From Blepharisma stoltei ATCC 30299 (lineage: Eukaryota; Protista; Ciliophora): a stretch of DNA of 64,000 bases. Position 1 is the first letter of the stretch. Every line of letters begins with the position of its first letter. Shown here one piece after another: positions 1-12,800 of this stretch. The position numbers were made by a program, and so were the translations under genes. The notes under the pieces were generated by a model. It did not search any database and was not told the DNA's origin. It was given only the letters and a program-made list of their open reading frames with translations. The stretch lies in NCBI GenBank assembly GCA_965603825.1, contig CBFDEM010000024.1:62001-126000 (forward strand). The letters are read 5' to 3'.

Positions 1-455
1 TATTGACTCAAAGTAATCGGTCAAGAAGCAATTTGCCTTTTTATTATATATTTAAATAGGCATTTTTGATTTTTGGATCTAGAAGTTAATAAAGATGAAT
101 CAAATATGATATTGCCAGAGCATTAATAAAAATTTAAAAGACTAGCAATAAAATATAAAATTTTACTAAAGAATTCTTAAGTTTATCCGATATTTATTTT
201 GCATTAAAAAAATCCTTCATATGCATGCAAATAAAGTAATATCAAGCTAAATCTATTATCTCTAACCTCTATAAGTTTATTAAATATCCTATATTTTAAT
301 CTTTTTTAATACTAAAATTTTTAATTTTAACTGGAATTGTCAGTAATGATAATAAAACTTTAAATAATATGATAATAATTTTTATTCCTAATAAAATCAT
401 AAAATCTGCTTGATCTGAGCACAATTTCATAATCACGTTATAGTCAATAAAAATA

Positions 456-528
456 AGCCTCCATCCGGGTTTGAACCGGAGACCTTTTGCTTACTAAGCA
501 AATGCTCTGCCAACTGAGCTATAGAGGC
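456..528 (-). tRNA. tRNA-Thr, anticodon AGT
   Basis: Reverse complement GCCTCTATAGCTCAGTTGGCAGAGCATTTGCTTAGTAAGCAAAAGGTCTCCGGTTCAAACCCGGATGGAGGCT folds as a cloverleaf: anticodon arm TTTGC-TT AGT AA-GCAAA, T-loop GGTTCAAAC. Confidence 0.95.
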
Positions 529-635
529 AGCAATGTCTCTTTTCTCTTCTTCTATAAATACCCATCATACCAATATTTCAAATTATTTCATTCCTAACAA
601 ATTAATCAAAATGACTTTATAATCCATTATTTCGA

Positions 636-1508
636 ATGAACCCATTAATTTCAGTCCAAGAATTCACAAACCAGCCTGCAGAGAACTTCAATATAGTCTT
701 CTGCTCACCTCCTTCAAATAGCCAAAACTCATTTATTCCAAATTCTTATATTTATTACATATCAGACGACACAGAAGAATTTATCAAAGATGCACGCAGT
801 ATTGAATTTGACGAAGAAGAAAAAACCATCATTTGCTATGACGACGGCTCCTTTAACTATGCCAGTAAAGCATATTGAGGATTCAAAGCTACTGGTGTTG
901 ATGAAGTCAGAATTTTAATCGGTGGCTTAAAAGTATGCCAAGAAATAGGTCTAGAGCTCGACGAAGGCGAGCCTCCTGAGATTACCAAATCAAACCACCC
1001 TTATTTGCCTTTCAATAACTCAGTTGTCTTCACAAAAGAAGAATTCGCTAAGAAAAGCGTGTATTGCCAACAAATTCTGCGAGCTAATAGTCTGCCTTTT
1101 AATTTGCTTGACGCTAGAGGAAATTTAATACTGCAAACACAATTAGTCAAAAATTTCGAAAATCATGGAATCACGTTCAGCACTGGAAAATCGACCATTG
1201 TGCATGGGAAATCTGCCTGCTTGCTAGGGGTTTTATTGACATTTTTAGGCGAAAAATCAGTGAGTGTCGTTATTGATGATACTGAAGGCGTTTTGGCAGG
1301 AAATAAAGGACGGGCTTCAAAAAAGAGAGAATTGTCGTTCCATATAATGCCTGACGGGTCTGATGTCCCTGATAGTGGGGCTACTAGATCACCTAAAAAG
1401 CCTGATGAAACACATTATATGCTGCCTGTTGAAGACGGAAATGAAACCAAAAAGCCTGAAGCTGGGAGGTCAAATACAATATGCTGCAGCGCATGTAGTA
1501 TATTTTAA
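636..1508 (+). CDS. Tandem rhodanese / sulfurtransferase-like protein, degenerate, with C-terminal CaaX
   Basis: ORFs 636-878 and 1005-1508 join in frame through TGA(876)=Trp giving IICYDD..ASKAYWGFKATGVDEVRILIGGL (rhodanese/MST motif); second domain LLDAR; ends CCSACSIF. Confidence 0.7.
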
Positions 1509-1544
1509 GATAAATAATTGCAAAAATTATCAGAAAAATTCAAA

Positions 1545-2453
1545 TTAATTTATATTAAGAAACGCTTCTTTTAGCCACGGATGGCTGAGCGCGTCCTTTA
1601 TACTCAGCCTTCCTTGTGGATCAACCACCAGCAGTTTCGCAATAAAATCAAATGCCTGAGCACTGATTTCTTCTCTTCTTTTTTTATATCTTCCGTCAAT
1701 TATTTTCTTAGAAATTTCAGGCTGCCGATTTCCGTCAAATGGTAGCACCCTATGGAGCAAGTAGTAGGCGACCACTCCGACAGCCCAAGAATCATTTTTC
1801 GGTCCAAATTTTCCATCAAAACTTTCAGGAGAGGTAAAATGCTGCATACCATTATATTGAGAAATTTTCCTTTTATTGTGTGGTTTAGTGGTTTCAGCTC
1901 TCGTGAAATCGACTAATTTTACTTGGTTTTCTGCCAATTTTATATTTTCCAAATTAATTTTCAAATGCACATATTCTTTTTCATGCAAATAGTCTAAAGC
2001 TTGCAAAACCTGCTTAATCACTCTTGCCGCTTCATCTTCATTTAATTTTTGTCTATCTCTTATCACATCGAGTAGCCCAAAATCTTCACAATCTTCCATC
2101 ACGATATGGAAAACATTTTCATCTTCAAAAACTTCATAAATTTTTGCAATATTCGGGTGATCAAGTGTGCTGAGCACGTTAATTTCATTTTTAAGCAAAG
2201 CCAAATTTTCTTCAGAATTTCGCTTATAAACGCTTCTTATGGAGACTTTTTGGCTTTGGTTTAGGTTGGACATTGCTTTTCTTATAATTCCCATTTCGGA
2301 AGGGATGGTCTGGCCAGTAAAGTTATAGAATTCTTCAAGTTTTGTGTCAGTGTTTGTGCGGATTCCAAGAACTGAGCCCACAAATTCATCAGGCTGAAAC
2401 GTTTCAATCTCAATTGGACGTTCTGAGAGACAGGTAGATTTACAAATTCCCAT
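1545..2453 (-). CDS. CAMK/CDPK-family kinase-fold protein, probable pseudokinase, N-terminal MGIC acylation motif
   Basis: LDHPNIAKIYEVFED, DSWAVGV, ALSHPWL present; catalytic motifs altered (VSIR, HLKINLENI, DFT). Confidence 0.85.
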   Translation of the reverse strand: MGICKSTCLSERPIEIETFQPDEFVGSVLGIRTNTDTKLEEFYNFTGQTIPSEMGIIRKAMSNLNQSQKVSIRSVYKRNSEENLALLKNEINVLSTLDHPNIAKIYEVFEDENVFHIVMEDCEDFGLLDVIRDRQKLNEDEAARVIKQVLQALDYLHEKEYVHLKINLENIKLAENQVKLVDFTRAETTKPHNKRKISQYNGMQHFTSPESFDGKFGPKNDSWAVGVVAYYLLHRVLPFDGNRQPEISKKIIDGRYKKRREEISAQAFDFIAKLLVVDPQGRLSIKDALSHPWLKEAFLNIN

Positions 2454-2604
2454 TAATAAATATAGTTTATTGGGAATTTAAATAAAATATTAAATTCTTT
2501 TTATTTCTGGTGAAAATTGGGTAGCAAAATTTTGAATTTTTTAATTATTTTTTAGAAAATAAGTTTTTTTTTGTCTGTAATAACACATTTAATTATAAAC
2601 AAAA

Positions 2605-3675
2605 CTAATGGGTCTCAGTTGCAGCTCTGTAAGCTGCTGGACTGATATTTTTAATATCCTTTATCATAAGTCTGAAGTGGTTCCTATACTTAGAAGACAT
2701 AGAAGGATCCTTCATTCTTAAATTTCTCTCAATAGACAAGGCGATTTCTTGTGCTTTTTCTATTGCAAAATTATTATTTTCTAGCACTTTAGCAATTTTA
2801 CAGCAGACTCTTCTCCTCAAACTTTTATCAGCTATATAAGTTTCATCATTTTCTGTCCTAAACCTTTTTTCGCACCCTTCTACTGGTATTCCTATCTCCC
2901 TGATTTTTTTCCAATATTCCCTCAGCCTTAATGCCACCTCAGCAAGCTCTTTTAATACTTCACAATCACTTTTCTGGCATGAATTCGCCAACAGTTTTAC
3001 TATTTTTTTAATTGGGTTTTTTGCTAACAGTTTTGCATTTATGTCAAGTTCGATTAATTCAGATAGACTTTTACAGATCTCAGTGACTTTTCCATCCTCA
3101 TCACTAAGCCCTTCAGTGAATTCTGATAGCAGCTTTTCATGTCGAGCCAAAATATTGGTGGTTTTTTTTGATTTTGTGGAAATTTGGAGCTCACTGATCC
3201 TGTGAATTTTTTCCTCAAGCAGCGTCTTTAGCTGCTCAAGTTTAAAATTTGGCTCTGCTAGCTGGCTGTTTTCAGCTTCAGCCGCTTTAGTTTTGTGTTT
3301 TTTCTTTATTAGACTTTGGTTTATACTTGGGAGATTAGAAACGTTTAAAATTCCATCAGAAAGCTGTTTTGCAATTCCAATGCATTTTAATAGCCACTTA
3401 TTCCCTGGGGCTCTGCCTTTTAGTTTGGAATGCTGAGGGTAAAGCATTTCAAAATCACTTAAATATTTGCTTGACAACGACGCACTGATTATAAGTTACT
3501 GTGTATTTTCCCCAATGAAATTGACTGTGTATTGTATATCGTCAACTGGCCTTATTAAATTAGATTTTTCAGTTTTACTAATCTGTATAAAAATTACGAC
3601 GCCTGGCCATCATGGGTAGCCTCGTATTTTTGCCCATACTACTTGGTCTTCTTCATAGGCTATGCCTTCAGTCAT
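2605..3675 (-). CDS. PWWP domain protein with C-terminal TFIIS-central-like helical domain; two 15-nt introns
   Basis: ATG at 3675 gives MTEGIAYEEDQVVWAKIRGYP(TGA=W)WPGV; introns 3583-3597 and 3485-3499 join it in frame to ORF 2605-3477; C-terminus AQEIALSIERNL..SKYRNHFR. Confidence 0.8.
3485..3499 (-). other. 15-nt spliceosomal intron
   Basis: GTAACTTATAATCAG; contains in-frame TAA; removal restores VNFIGENTHASL of the PWWP domain. Confidence 0.85.
3583..3597 (-). other. 15-nt spliceosomal intron (no in-frame stop)
   Basis: GTAATTTTTATACAG; matches the local consensus including A at position 10; retention would only insert VIFIQ. Confidence 0.7.
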
Positions 3676-3716
3676 TTTTCTTATTAATTTTTAGCCATAC
3701 TTATTTATGTTTTTAC

Positions 3717-4658
3717 CTAGATTACCCAGTCTCTAGGAGTTGCCAATGCAGCCATCAGTCTTTCTTCAGGAGACCCTGGAGCTATATTATGCTTATATTC
3801 CCATCTAGCTGCTAAAGGACAAGGCATTAAAACTGCTTCGATATTTGCATCGGGAGTGACCAGACCAAATTTTGTGCCTCTGTCATATACCAAATTAAAC
3901 TCCACATAGTGGCCTCTTCTGATTTTTTGCCACCTTCTCTGTTCTTTTGTAAAAGGCTCATCCATATGTTTTCTAATAATTTCTGGGTAGCTTCTTACAA
4001 ATGCATCTCCACATTTCGCAATAAATTCCCTTAAAATTTCTTTATCAAGGCAATCTACATCGTCAAAGAAAATTCCTCCAATCCCTCTTCTGAATCCACG
4101 ATGAGTAATCATAAAATAATTATCACATTCAGTTTTGTACTGGGGATAAAAATCAGGACTAGCAAAATCACATGCATTTTTAAGCTCAGTATGGAATAAA
4201 GTGCAATCGGCTTCATCTAGATAATAAGGTGTTAAATCAGAACCCCCGGCAAACCACCAGACTTGGACTTCACCGCTTAAGGTAATTTCTAAGTATCTGT
4301 AATTTGCATGAACTGTAGGGCAATTTGGATTTCTTGGGTGGATGACTAAGCTGCAGCCTGTTGCGTAGATTTTATAGTCAGAAATTCGGGCTAAATCGAT
4401 GTTTTTGCCTCTATCTGTCATGTATTTGGCTAGAGGTGGGGATAGAGGAAGCTCTAATTCTGTGACGTTTACACCTCCTTTTTCGAAGACTCGGCCATTT
4501 TGTAAGACATTGGCTTGGCCATGTCCATTGTGGTCTTGACGCTCCCAACTGTCATGAAGAAATGGGGCTCCTTCAATAGCTTCAAGAGATTCTGTGATTT
4601 TTTTTTGGATTTCAAGGATGGTTTCTTTAGCTTTGGCTCGAAATGAGGTCTCAGCCAT
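3717..4658 (-). CDS. CPOX: Oxygen-dependent coproporphyrinogen III oxidase
   Basis: FEKGGVN, HPRNPNCPTVHANYRY, WWFAGGSDLTP, RGIGGIFFD, RRGHYVEFNLVYDRGTKFGL; ends TAG. Confidence 0.97.
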   Translation of the reverse strand: MAETSFRAKAKETILEIQKKITESLEAIEGAPFLHDSWERQDHNGHGQANVLQNGRVFEKGGVNVTELELPLSPPLAKYMTDRGKNIDLARISDYKIYATGCSLVIHPRNPNCPTVHANYRYLEITLSGEVQVWWFAGGSDLTPYYLDEADCTLFHTELKNACDFASPDFYPQYKTECDNYFMITHRGFRRGIGGIFFDDVDCLDKEILREFIAKCGDAFVRSYPEIIRKHMDEPFTKEQRRWQKIRRGHYVEFNLVYDRGTKFGLVTPDANIEAVLMPCPLAARWEYKHNIAPGSPEERLMAALATPRDWVI

Positions 4659-4960
4659 TTATTAAGATTGATTGTAAGTAATGGAGATTTTTAATGAGTT
4701 TTGTTTTTAAGGCAGTAATTTTGATAATATCTCTTGATAGTGAGGAAAAAGTAATTGGAAAGAAAAAGGATGCTAGGGCAATCGTATTATAAGAAACTCA
4801 TACTGAAAAAATTAAAATTTTATGTATAGAGCTATTTGGTTAAAATAATTTACTTTAATGTAAATTGCATAAATTTTATTTATCAGGTACACAAAAATTC
4901 ATTATGGTTAAAATTGGAAAGAAGACACGATTTATTAGTAAATTCTTATAAGTAAGTAAA

Positions 4961-5512
4961 TTATGATAATTCTCTCTCGTTTGAACATCCAAAGCCCCAC
5001 AGCATTATCAATGGAACTAACAGTAAGTAAACTACATATAATATATGTCTGTACTTCGCGATCTCTATATATGGTGCTTGATGCAGCCCATAAGCATTTC
5101 TAAAGACAGTCGCCAAATAAATGTAATTTAGTCACCCAATCAGAGGGAACATCATAAGAAAGCAGTGAAATGCAAAAGGGAGCATTAAAAATCATGGATA
5201 ATGAGGTATTGTCAATGCTGAGCCAGCCCCAACTAAGGTGACAACGTGATGTACAAAAAATGAAATTTTGCACTGATCTATGGCTTCTGCAAAAAACATG
5301 AGATTGATTGAGTCGGCTATGTAATAAATAGCGGATGGCCAGAGTAAAATCCTAAAAATTGTATCGACTGTGTCTGTTTTCAATGCCGCTTCTTTTACGA
5401 AAGTGCTTTGTTTCTCACATCAGATCCTATAGAATGTGCACCAAAACATCGGAACCCATGCAACACTGCTTCAGCTGAACCATATATCATCATGAAACGT
5501 CATGTTAGACAT
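4961..5512 (-). CDS. Small multi-pass membrane protein, TLC-domain-like
   Basis: Open 184-codon frame with four TGA=Trp from ATG 5512 to TAA 4961; several hydrophobic segments and FFVHHVVTL di-His motif. Confidence 0.6.
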
Positions 5513-6123
5513 TATTAGCAGAAAAAAGCCATAAATTTCAACAATTTAATAGTCATAAAATAAATTTGTAATTGAGACCATCACCTGCTCAGATAGAAGT
5601 TTTAAGTATTTTTAACTCTTAAAGGAAAATTTAGTTGACATTTAATAAAAAATTGTGCGAAATTCATATAAAAATATAGAAAAGAATAATTCTGATAAAA
5701 ATTAATTTTGGTCAAGATAAATATTTTAAGAAGATGAGTTAAAACGAAGTTTAAATTGGTAAATAAAAATTAATATAAAAGAATAAATCTTTTGGGATTT
5801 AAAAAATACACATTAAATAATTTTCTTACTTACGAGATTAATTTAAAATAGATTCGCTGCTTAAAGTATCAAATAAAGTTCTCAAAGTAAAAAAATGTAA
5901 AATTATGATTGAATCAAAGCTTTTTGTAATCCAAAAATCAGAACCGACCATTTATCACCTCATCCCTTACTTTGTAACTGTAATTTTACATTTCTTGAAA
6001 ATTCAAAAAAATAAAATTAATTTATATTACTGATATATCATCATAAATTCCTAGCAATCCAAGCATCACATTATTTTATGCCAGAATTAATATTCAAAAA
6101 CTTAAATGAAAATTTACTAAAAA

Positions 6124-7872
6124 ATGGATCTCCTTAATGTCGCTACCCCTTCACTCTCCACAAGTACATCAGCTCGCAGTGTTCGCAGTATCAATGACAG
6201 AAGCATGGAAGAAAATTCTCTTGCATTATCTTATGCTGAAGATCGACCTCTTTCAAAAGAATCTTTAAAAACCCTTCTGCGAGGGCATTATTTCATCAAG
6301 TATCAGAAAAATGGACACAGAAGTGTGCGTCGAATCTATTTCAATGATTCTCTCCAAAAATTAATCCTCGAAAAAGACCGCTCAAACTCGAAATTTATAT
6401 TTACTACAGATATATTAGCAGTTGAATTTGGATTTTCAAATCAACTGACCGCTGTGCTTCTTAAAGGAGATTACAATCATAAAGTATACGGATTTCGTCT
6501 TATTACGAGAAAAAGGCTTATTGAGTTAAGCTCTAATAGTCGCGCTGAACGAGAGCAATGAGTTGACAGCGTAAATGTGCTAGCAGAGGTGGTAAAGGAA
6601 TGAAGCAGTCATATTGGGCTGAGAAAATATTGGGATACACTTACAACAATAAGCCAGTCTGAGCAAGATATTTCTGATCTTTTAGAATGCCAGAGAAATG
6701 CTAAAAAAGAAATATCAATTATAACTCTACAAAGAAATGAGCTCGAAAAAGAAGTAATTGAAGGACTAATTAATGAAATGATTTTGGCTTTAGAAGTCAG
6801 AGAAGCTAATTTAGCTATGCTCATGGTCAAGCGCCAAGAAGAAGCTGTAGATGCTGAAAATCGACTTTTAAGGCAAAAACAAGAAAGTTTGCAAAACTCT
6901 TTACGCGAAAAAAATAAAGAAATTGGGACTCTCAAAGACCATATAAAAGATCTTTATAGTAACTTATCTTCCAACCAATCCCGCACACTAAGCAAAATTT
7001 GGAAAAATATCATTGATTTTTTATCATTTAAAGACCTCCTTGTCTTACAAAATGTTTCATTGTATTTTAAAGACCAGGTCGCTAAAGCGTTTATTACAAA
7101 ATCTTTGTGGAGGCGTATAGGAACTGTGAGCCTTTGTCCTCGAAAAATTAGCTGAAGAATGTATATTAGAAATTTTTATGGGATGAGGGTAGGAGGAATG
7201 GGCCATGAAGTCTACCCAGAAATAATGGAAGAAATCAGCAAAGATGTAAATAGAGGCTTAGTCGACCACCAACAAGAGGTAGAAGAAGTCTTAATTGGCC
7301 TATGCGCCCTAAACCCTGATGTGGGGTATTGCCAAGGCATGCAGCTTGTTACACATTTTTTATTGGGGATTTTAAGAGACACTGACGAAGTTTTGGGGAC
7401 TCTTATGTCTCTATTAAGACCACCTTTTTACCTTGGCGAGCTCTGGAAAAATGGATTTTCAAGGCTCAAACTTGGGATTTTTCAGTTGGAATTTTTATTG
7501 AAATTGAAATTGCCTTACCTTGCTAAACATTTTAAAGATCTTGATATAAATCTAGATGTGATTGTAACACCTTGGCTTTTGACTGTATTTACTCATTTAT
7601 TAGGACAGCAAGGAGTGCCTATTGAAGTGGTTCAGTGGATCTGGGATTTCTTTTTAGTCCAAGGATGGCCAGCTTTGCTATCAACATGCTTAGCATTATT
7701 TTATTTGAGCCAAGAGTCGGTCTTGGGGGAAAATTTGGAAACGACACTGCACAGATTTTCTAATAATATGCCATTTGAGAGTGTCGTGAAATTTATCCCG
7801 AAATTTGAAATTGAGCCTTCACTACTTGATGACCTTGAAAGAGCTTTTTACTTGCAAACAAATATAAATTAA
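6124..7872 (+). CDS. PH-like + coiled-coil + TBC (Rab-GAP) domain protein
   Basis: ORFs 6124, 6778 and 7159 share one frame, joined by TGA at 6559, 6601 and 7153; PH C-terminal helix EREQWVDSV; TBC motifs ISKDVNR and GYCQGM. Confidence 0.88.
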
Positions 7873-7938
7873 TTTATTTTTACTTATTAAATATTAAAGA
7901 AAATATAAAAAATCGATATATTTAAGCATTAAATAACC

Positions 7939-8538
7939 TTAACTCATGCTTCTGCAAAAATTCTTTTGCATAAATATCTCACTATCATATGAACCATTTT
8001 CTGAAGAGAATTTTCCTTTAAAAAGATTTCTGCATAAGTCCCCTTCATTTCCTAAAAGTTTCATTTTGTCTTCCTTCCCAAAAACCAAAAAATCACTCGC
8101 AATTAAAGCTTTGCTTTTCTTATGACAAACTGGGCAAGTTTTAGCTGTTGAAGCGTTCACATTTCCTCTTCCTCTTCATTGTCTAATGCATGGCAAACAA
8201 AACACATCATTACAGTCACTCAACATCCCAAATTGTCTAAAACTCGCTTTTACTTTTACCTTACAAATTGAGCACTCTGCGTCAGGGCTGATATTTTTTG
8301 GGAATTTTTCGCAGCTTTTTGAGCATTTTCTTTGATTTTCTATGAAAATTTTGCAAATTTCGGTGTCTTCGATTTCGTCGTTGAAAAAATCCTTGGTGTT
8401 GAAGACGCTACGCGGGGAAGGAGTGTCGAATTTCCCAAATAGTTTGAAAGAGCTTGTGTTGATGTTGGTGAGCACAAAAATTGGGATTTGGATAGAATTT
8501 GTGTTCATATTAAATTTAAATATGAACATACCGCACAT
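7939..8538 (-). CDS. Makorin-like RING finger E3 ligase (start may be ATG 8508)
   Basis: CSIC..RQFGMLSDCNDVFCLPCIRQ(TGA=W)R..KTCPVC..LIASDF..EDKMKLL matches the makorin RING and its following segment. Confidence 0.8.
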
Positions 8539-9094
8539 TATGAAATGTTAGCCCATTTATTTAATAATTAATATTATTTTGAAGGTATGATAGAGAATGA
8601 TTATTGTGAATGCCTTGATATATTAGTAGAACATTAGAGAAAATGGCTTAATTAAGGAATCTTTTGGAAGAATGGGAAAGACTATATTTTTTAGTTACAA
8701 TATTCTTGATTATTAATATTAATTGACCTAGCAAATCGCAAACATCTTTATTTTTTGAGTAATGATATTTTTAAATGTTTGGAGTTTACAATCAATGTGA
8801 TTAGATATCTTTAAGCTAATATTCATAAGAAAGTAGATGATTTTGTAAGAGTTAAAAAAATAGAAATTAAAAATGATTTTAGCAAGTCTATTTTAAATTG
8901 ACCAGAATTTTACTATTGGTTTCTGGTCGAAAAATGATTATTCTGATAAAAATAGATTTTATCAGTAAAAATGGAATTTTAAGAGATTTAAGTCTTATGC
9001 AAGAGAGGTTGTTACTTTATTTTGAGTTCCAACAGTGGTACACAATTTGGTAATTGTAAAATAACAGATGCAGCTCACATTATGCATCTTTCGA

Positions 9095-9636
9095 CTAAAA
9101 CACATGCATTATATCTCTAAAACCTGTAATAAATTTCTTAGTCATAACATCGTAAAAGTCGTCAATACTCCTTGCTTTGTTATCAGCAGAAACTTTAGTA
9201 GGAGCTTGTTGGAGTTCTTCTTCAGTCATGCTTTCTCCGAGCTCTCTGGCAACTCTAGCTAAGTTTTTGATGCTGATTGAGCTTGATCTGTCTGCATCAA
9301 AGAGATCGAAAATCCTTTGGATACCTTCTCTGCTATTTCTGTGGCTGAGTCTTTCGCTGATGTGGCTTAAGAAGTCATCAAAGTGAATTCTTTAATTCCT
9401 GCAAGAAGTCTGAAGATGGTTGGAGTTCTGTCTTGGCCAAGAGATGCAAATGCTGCGTTAATTTCTTTAGGGTCGATGGTCCGAGTTTACTGAGTCGAAG
9501 AGATCGAAGGTTTCCTTGATTTCTTTGATTTCGTCCTTAGTAAAGTTGGTGGTCTCTGGAACCTTTTTAGCTGGGATTTTCCTTTTGCTAGTCCATTCTT
9601 AGGGTCCTTTTTGGCTGCTGCTCATCTTTTTGACAT
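9095..9636 (-). pseudogene. Centrin (EF-hand) pseudogene with about three frameshifts
   Basis: Blocks EIKEIKETFDLFD, TIDPKEINAAFASLG and FDDFLSHISERL..IFDLFDADRSSSISIKNLARVARELGESMTEEEL..DDFYDVMTKK lie in different frames; ATG-to-stop span 542 nt is not 3n; no fitting intron. Confidence 0.75.
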
Positions 9637-9820
9637 TTATCGCAATAAATTCTGTCACTAAAACATTTTCTACTTGCAAATACTATTGTCTTGCATTTTC
9701 CTAATATCCTACGATACTTATACTATTAAGCAATTTAATTTTAGCAAAATTTATGGCAATTTAATAACAAAATTAATTATTAGCGATATATTAGCTGAAA
9801 TTGAATAAAAAATAAATAAA

Positions 9821-12800
9821 ATGAATTCGGTGCGCTATCTTACATTGATCCTTTTATCGTACTCATTAGGAGATTTACTAATTTATATACTTTATTCTCA
9901 GCAGACAAATATAAATCTGCTTTCGGACCTGAAAAATAATTTGCCCAGCTCTATTTTTGAAAATGAGTATTATTTTGACTTTCAGTTTGTAGAGATTACT
10001 GCAAATCAAACAATTGAAAATATTTTAGAAGCACAGCAGACTTTTATCACTATAGATGTCACTTTTGACGTATATTGAAGCAGCATAATTTATCATTATA
10101 CAGAGCGAAATCAAATAGTCAATCTTAATTTGAATTTCGATTCTAACTCCTATGGCGAATGACAATTTTTTATTCATAATTCTATTGACCAACATCAAAA
10201 TGCAGCGGGATTCATAATAGATTTTTTTGAGTGGAAAAATTTTGCCATTATTTCAAATGAGTCACCAATAAATCTAAAACTAGCCTTAAATGTTGAAACA
10301 AAATACAGAAGCCAAGTTTCCCAAAAATTAGTTCTCCCTGACTCCATAAGTGATGAAAGCATAGAAAATTTAATTTCTAAAATTATTAAGCCAAATGGGA
10401 TTCAATTATTTTTTATTTTAGAAGAAGGATATGGATTATGAAAATTTATTGAAAAATTAAAAAGTAAAAAGATATACAAAAAAGGGGCAGGAATTATAGT
10501 TGGAAGCACAGCTATATGAGCACCTGCTGAGGATGGAGTTACAATATATGTCGAAAAAGGACTAGAAACTGCTCAATCATATTCTGAATATGAAATCTTG
10601 GCAATAAAACAGTTTACTGATATTATCCTAGATTTTAAGTCAAAATACCCCAGCATTCAAATTGATTCACTTCTCCTTCGACAATTATTTGAGTCTAACA
10701 CCTTTCAGCACCGAAAATTGCCTATATTTTCGGTAGTAAATATTTATAACAGCCAAAAAATTATAAAAGCTCAAATTGAAGGCTGAAACGCTACAATTTT
10801 CAATTCAACATTTTTTTATCCTGGGAACACAGCAATTACCCCAAAAAGATCAGAAACTGAAATTGTTGTTTCAATTGCTTCAGGGTCGGCTGAGCCAGAT
10901 GGATCTACTAATATCTACAACCCTCAAAACTTTTTAGGCTCGTTATATGCCCAATGAGTCATAAACAACTCAACCTCTCTTCTGAAAAACTTTTATATAT
11001 CTCAATTTCAGACAAATTGCGGATCAAGCATTTTTGATCTAAAATTCTACTATACGTGTATGAGGCAATATAAAGATCAGCTTGGCGTAGCTTTTCTTTC
11101 CCCTTCTTTTGATATTGGAGCTATTGGATATATTTATGCATTTAGGGGCTTAGGGGTTGAGATACCTCACTGCGGAGCTTCTACTGTGGTTTCTTTTTTG
11201 TCAAATAAAACTGAATATCCTGAATATATGAGAATCTCAACGAGTGGAGACTATATTGCAACAAATTTAGCTAAAATTATTTCTTATCTTGGTTGAACTC
11301 ATGCTGCAGTAATATTTGGAAATAATACTTATAATTACCCTTTATATAAAAAACTCTATGACGAATTCGCTTCACTAAGAGTATCTATTATGAATGATGA
11401 AAACAAAAAATTAATTCCTCAAAATTACTTAAGGACTGATTTTGAACAGTATAAGTATATTTTTAAACATATTTATAGCTTAAAAGTCAGAATTTGTCTG
11501 CTAGTTCTAGGGAACCCGTATGCTTGGCATGCAATTGAGGGTTTATACGATGTAGGCTTTAGGAAAGGCGACATAATTCTTTTTGTAACCAGCAAAGCTG
11601 GAGGGTCTGGGCCTGTTTTTAATGACCTCGATGAACATGTAATTAAAAGAACAAGCCTGATGGATGGATCTCTTAGTGGCTCTATCAATGAATATGTAGG
11701 AAACTATGGAGAAAAAATCAAGCAAGAAATAATTCAAGCCTTTTATCCTTATCCTCCAAGCTATAAGTGCTACTCTTTTGATGCTTTTATGCTAGTAGCT
11801 CATGGGCTTGACTATACAATTAATCAAGGAAGTGATATAGAAAATCCTTGACTACTAAACAAAAATTTGAGAAAGCAACGGTTCATTAGCTGCAGTGGAC
11901 TGATCTCTATTGAATCTAACAGCAATAACAGAAACTACGCATCTATCAATTTCAATAATTTTTATTACAATAAAACAGACAAGACTTATTATGAAGTCCC
12001 AGTCACTATAGTTAACTTAGGAACACAAGTACTTTTCGAGCAAATACAAGAAATCACATGACCTGGAAATTCTCATACAACTCCAAACGATATGAGAGAT
12101 AAAAATTTTGATTGCCCATTTGAGGAAAAAATTACCAGTCACTCTGAAAAAGGCATTGGGGTCTTCTTTGGGATTTGTTTTGCGATTTTTTCTATTTCAA
12201 TCTATATTTCATTTTTAATATGGAAAAAATATAAAAAAGTATATATACCCAAATTACTGAAAACCAAGAAGCTAAAATTCGCTGATATGATGGTTTATTC
12301 GGTGATTGCTGTAGAATTTTTCCAATATCTTTATTTAGGCCCACCAATACTCTCAATTAACTCTGCAGTTACGCATGCCAGTGATATGGCATCTCTAGAC
12401 TTTTCTAAATTAACATCAATTAAGAGAACAGCTTTTTGGATCCAGATGATTATCACCATTTGCATAGCTTGATTGATGGTATTTTTGAATTTTTTTACAA
12501 TGACGAAGCTGAGAAACTGTTTTATATTTAATTTTTTAGCAAATATCAGATCCCTCTTAGAAATATTAATGCCCTTACTCGGAAATATTTTATTTGTCCC
12601 TATACTCTTATTTTTATTAAATATTTTTGCGTGCACCCATACAACTGGAAACAGTGTTTTAGGCACTTACTTGGATAAAGACTGCTATCAATATTGCTGG
12701 GAAGATAAACATTTACTGTTCGTGTTCTTGTGTTTATTCACAATTTTTGTTTATGTACCTTTAACAATTTATTATCGTCCAGTGTATCAAGATGTCCAAG

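Noticed and set aside
9095-9636. Euplotes-style programmed +1 frameshifting in centrin
   Set aside because: Shift sites are not AAA-TAR motifs and one involves loss of coding sequence
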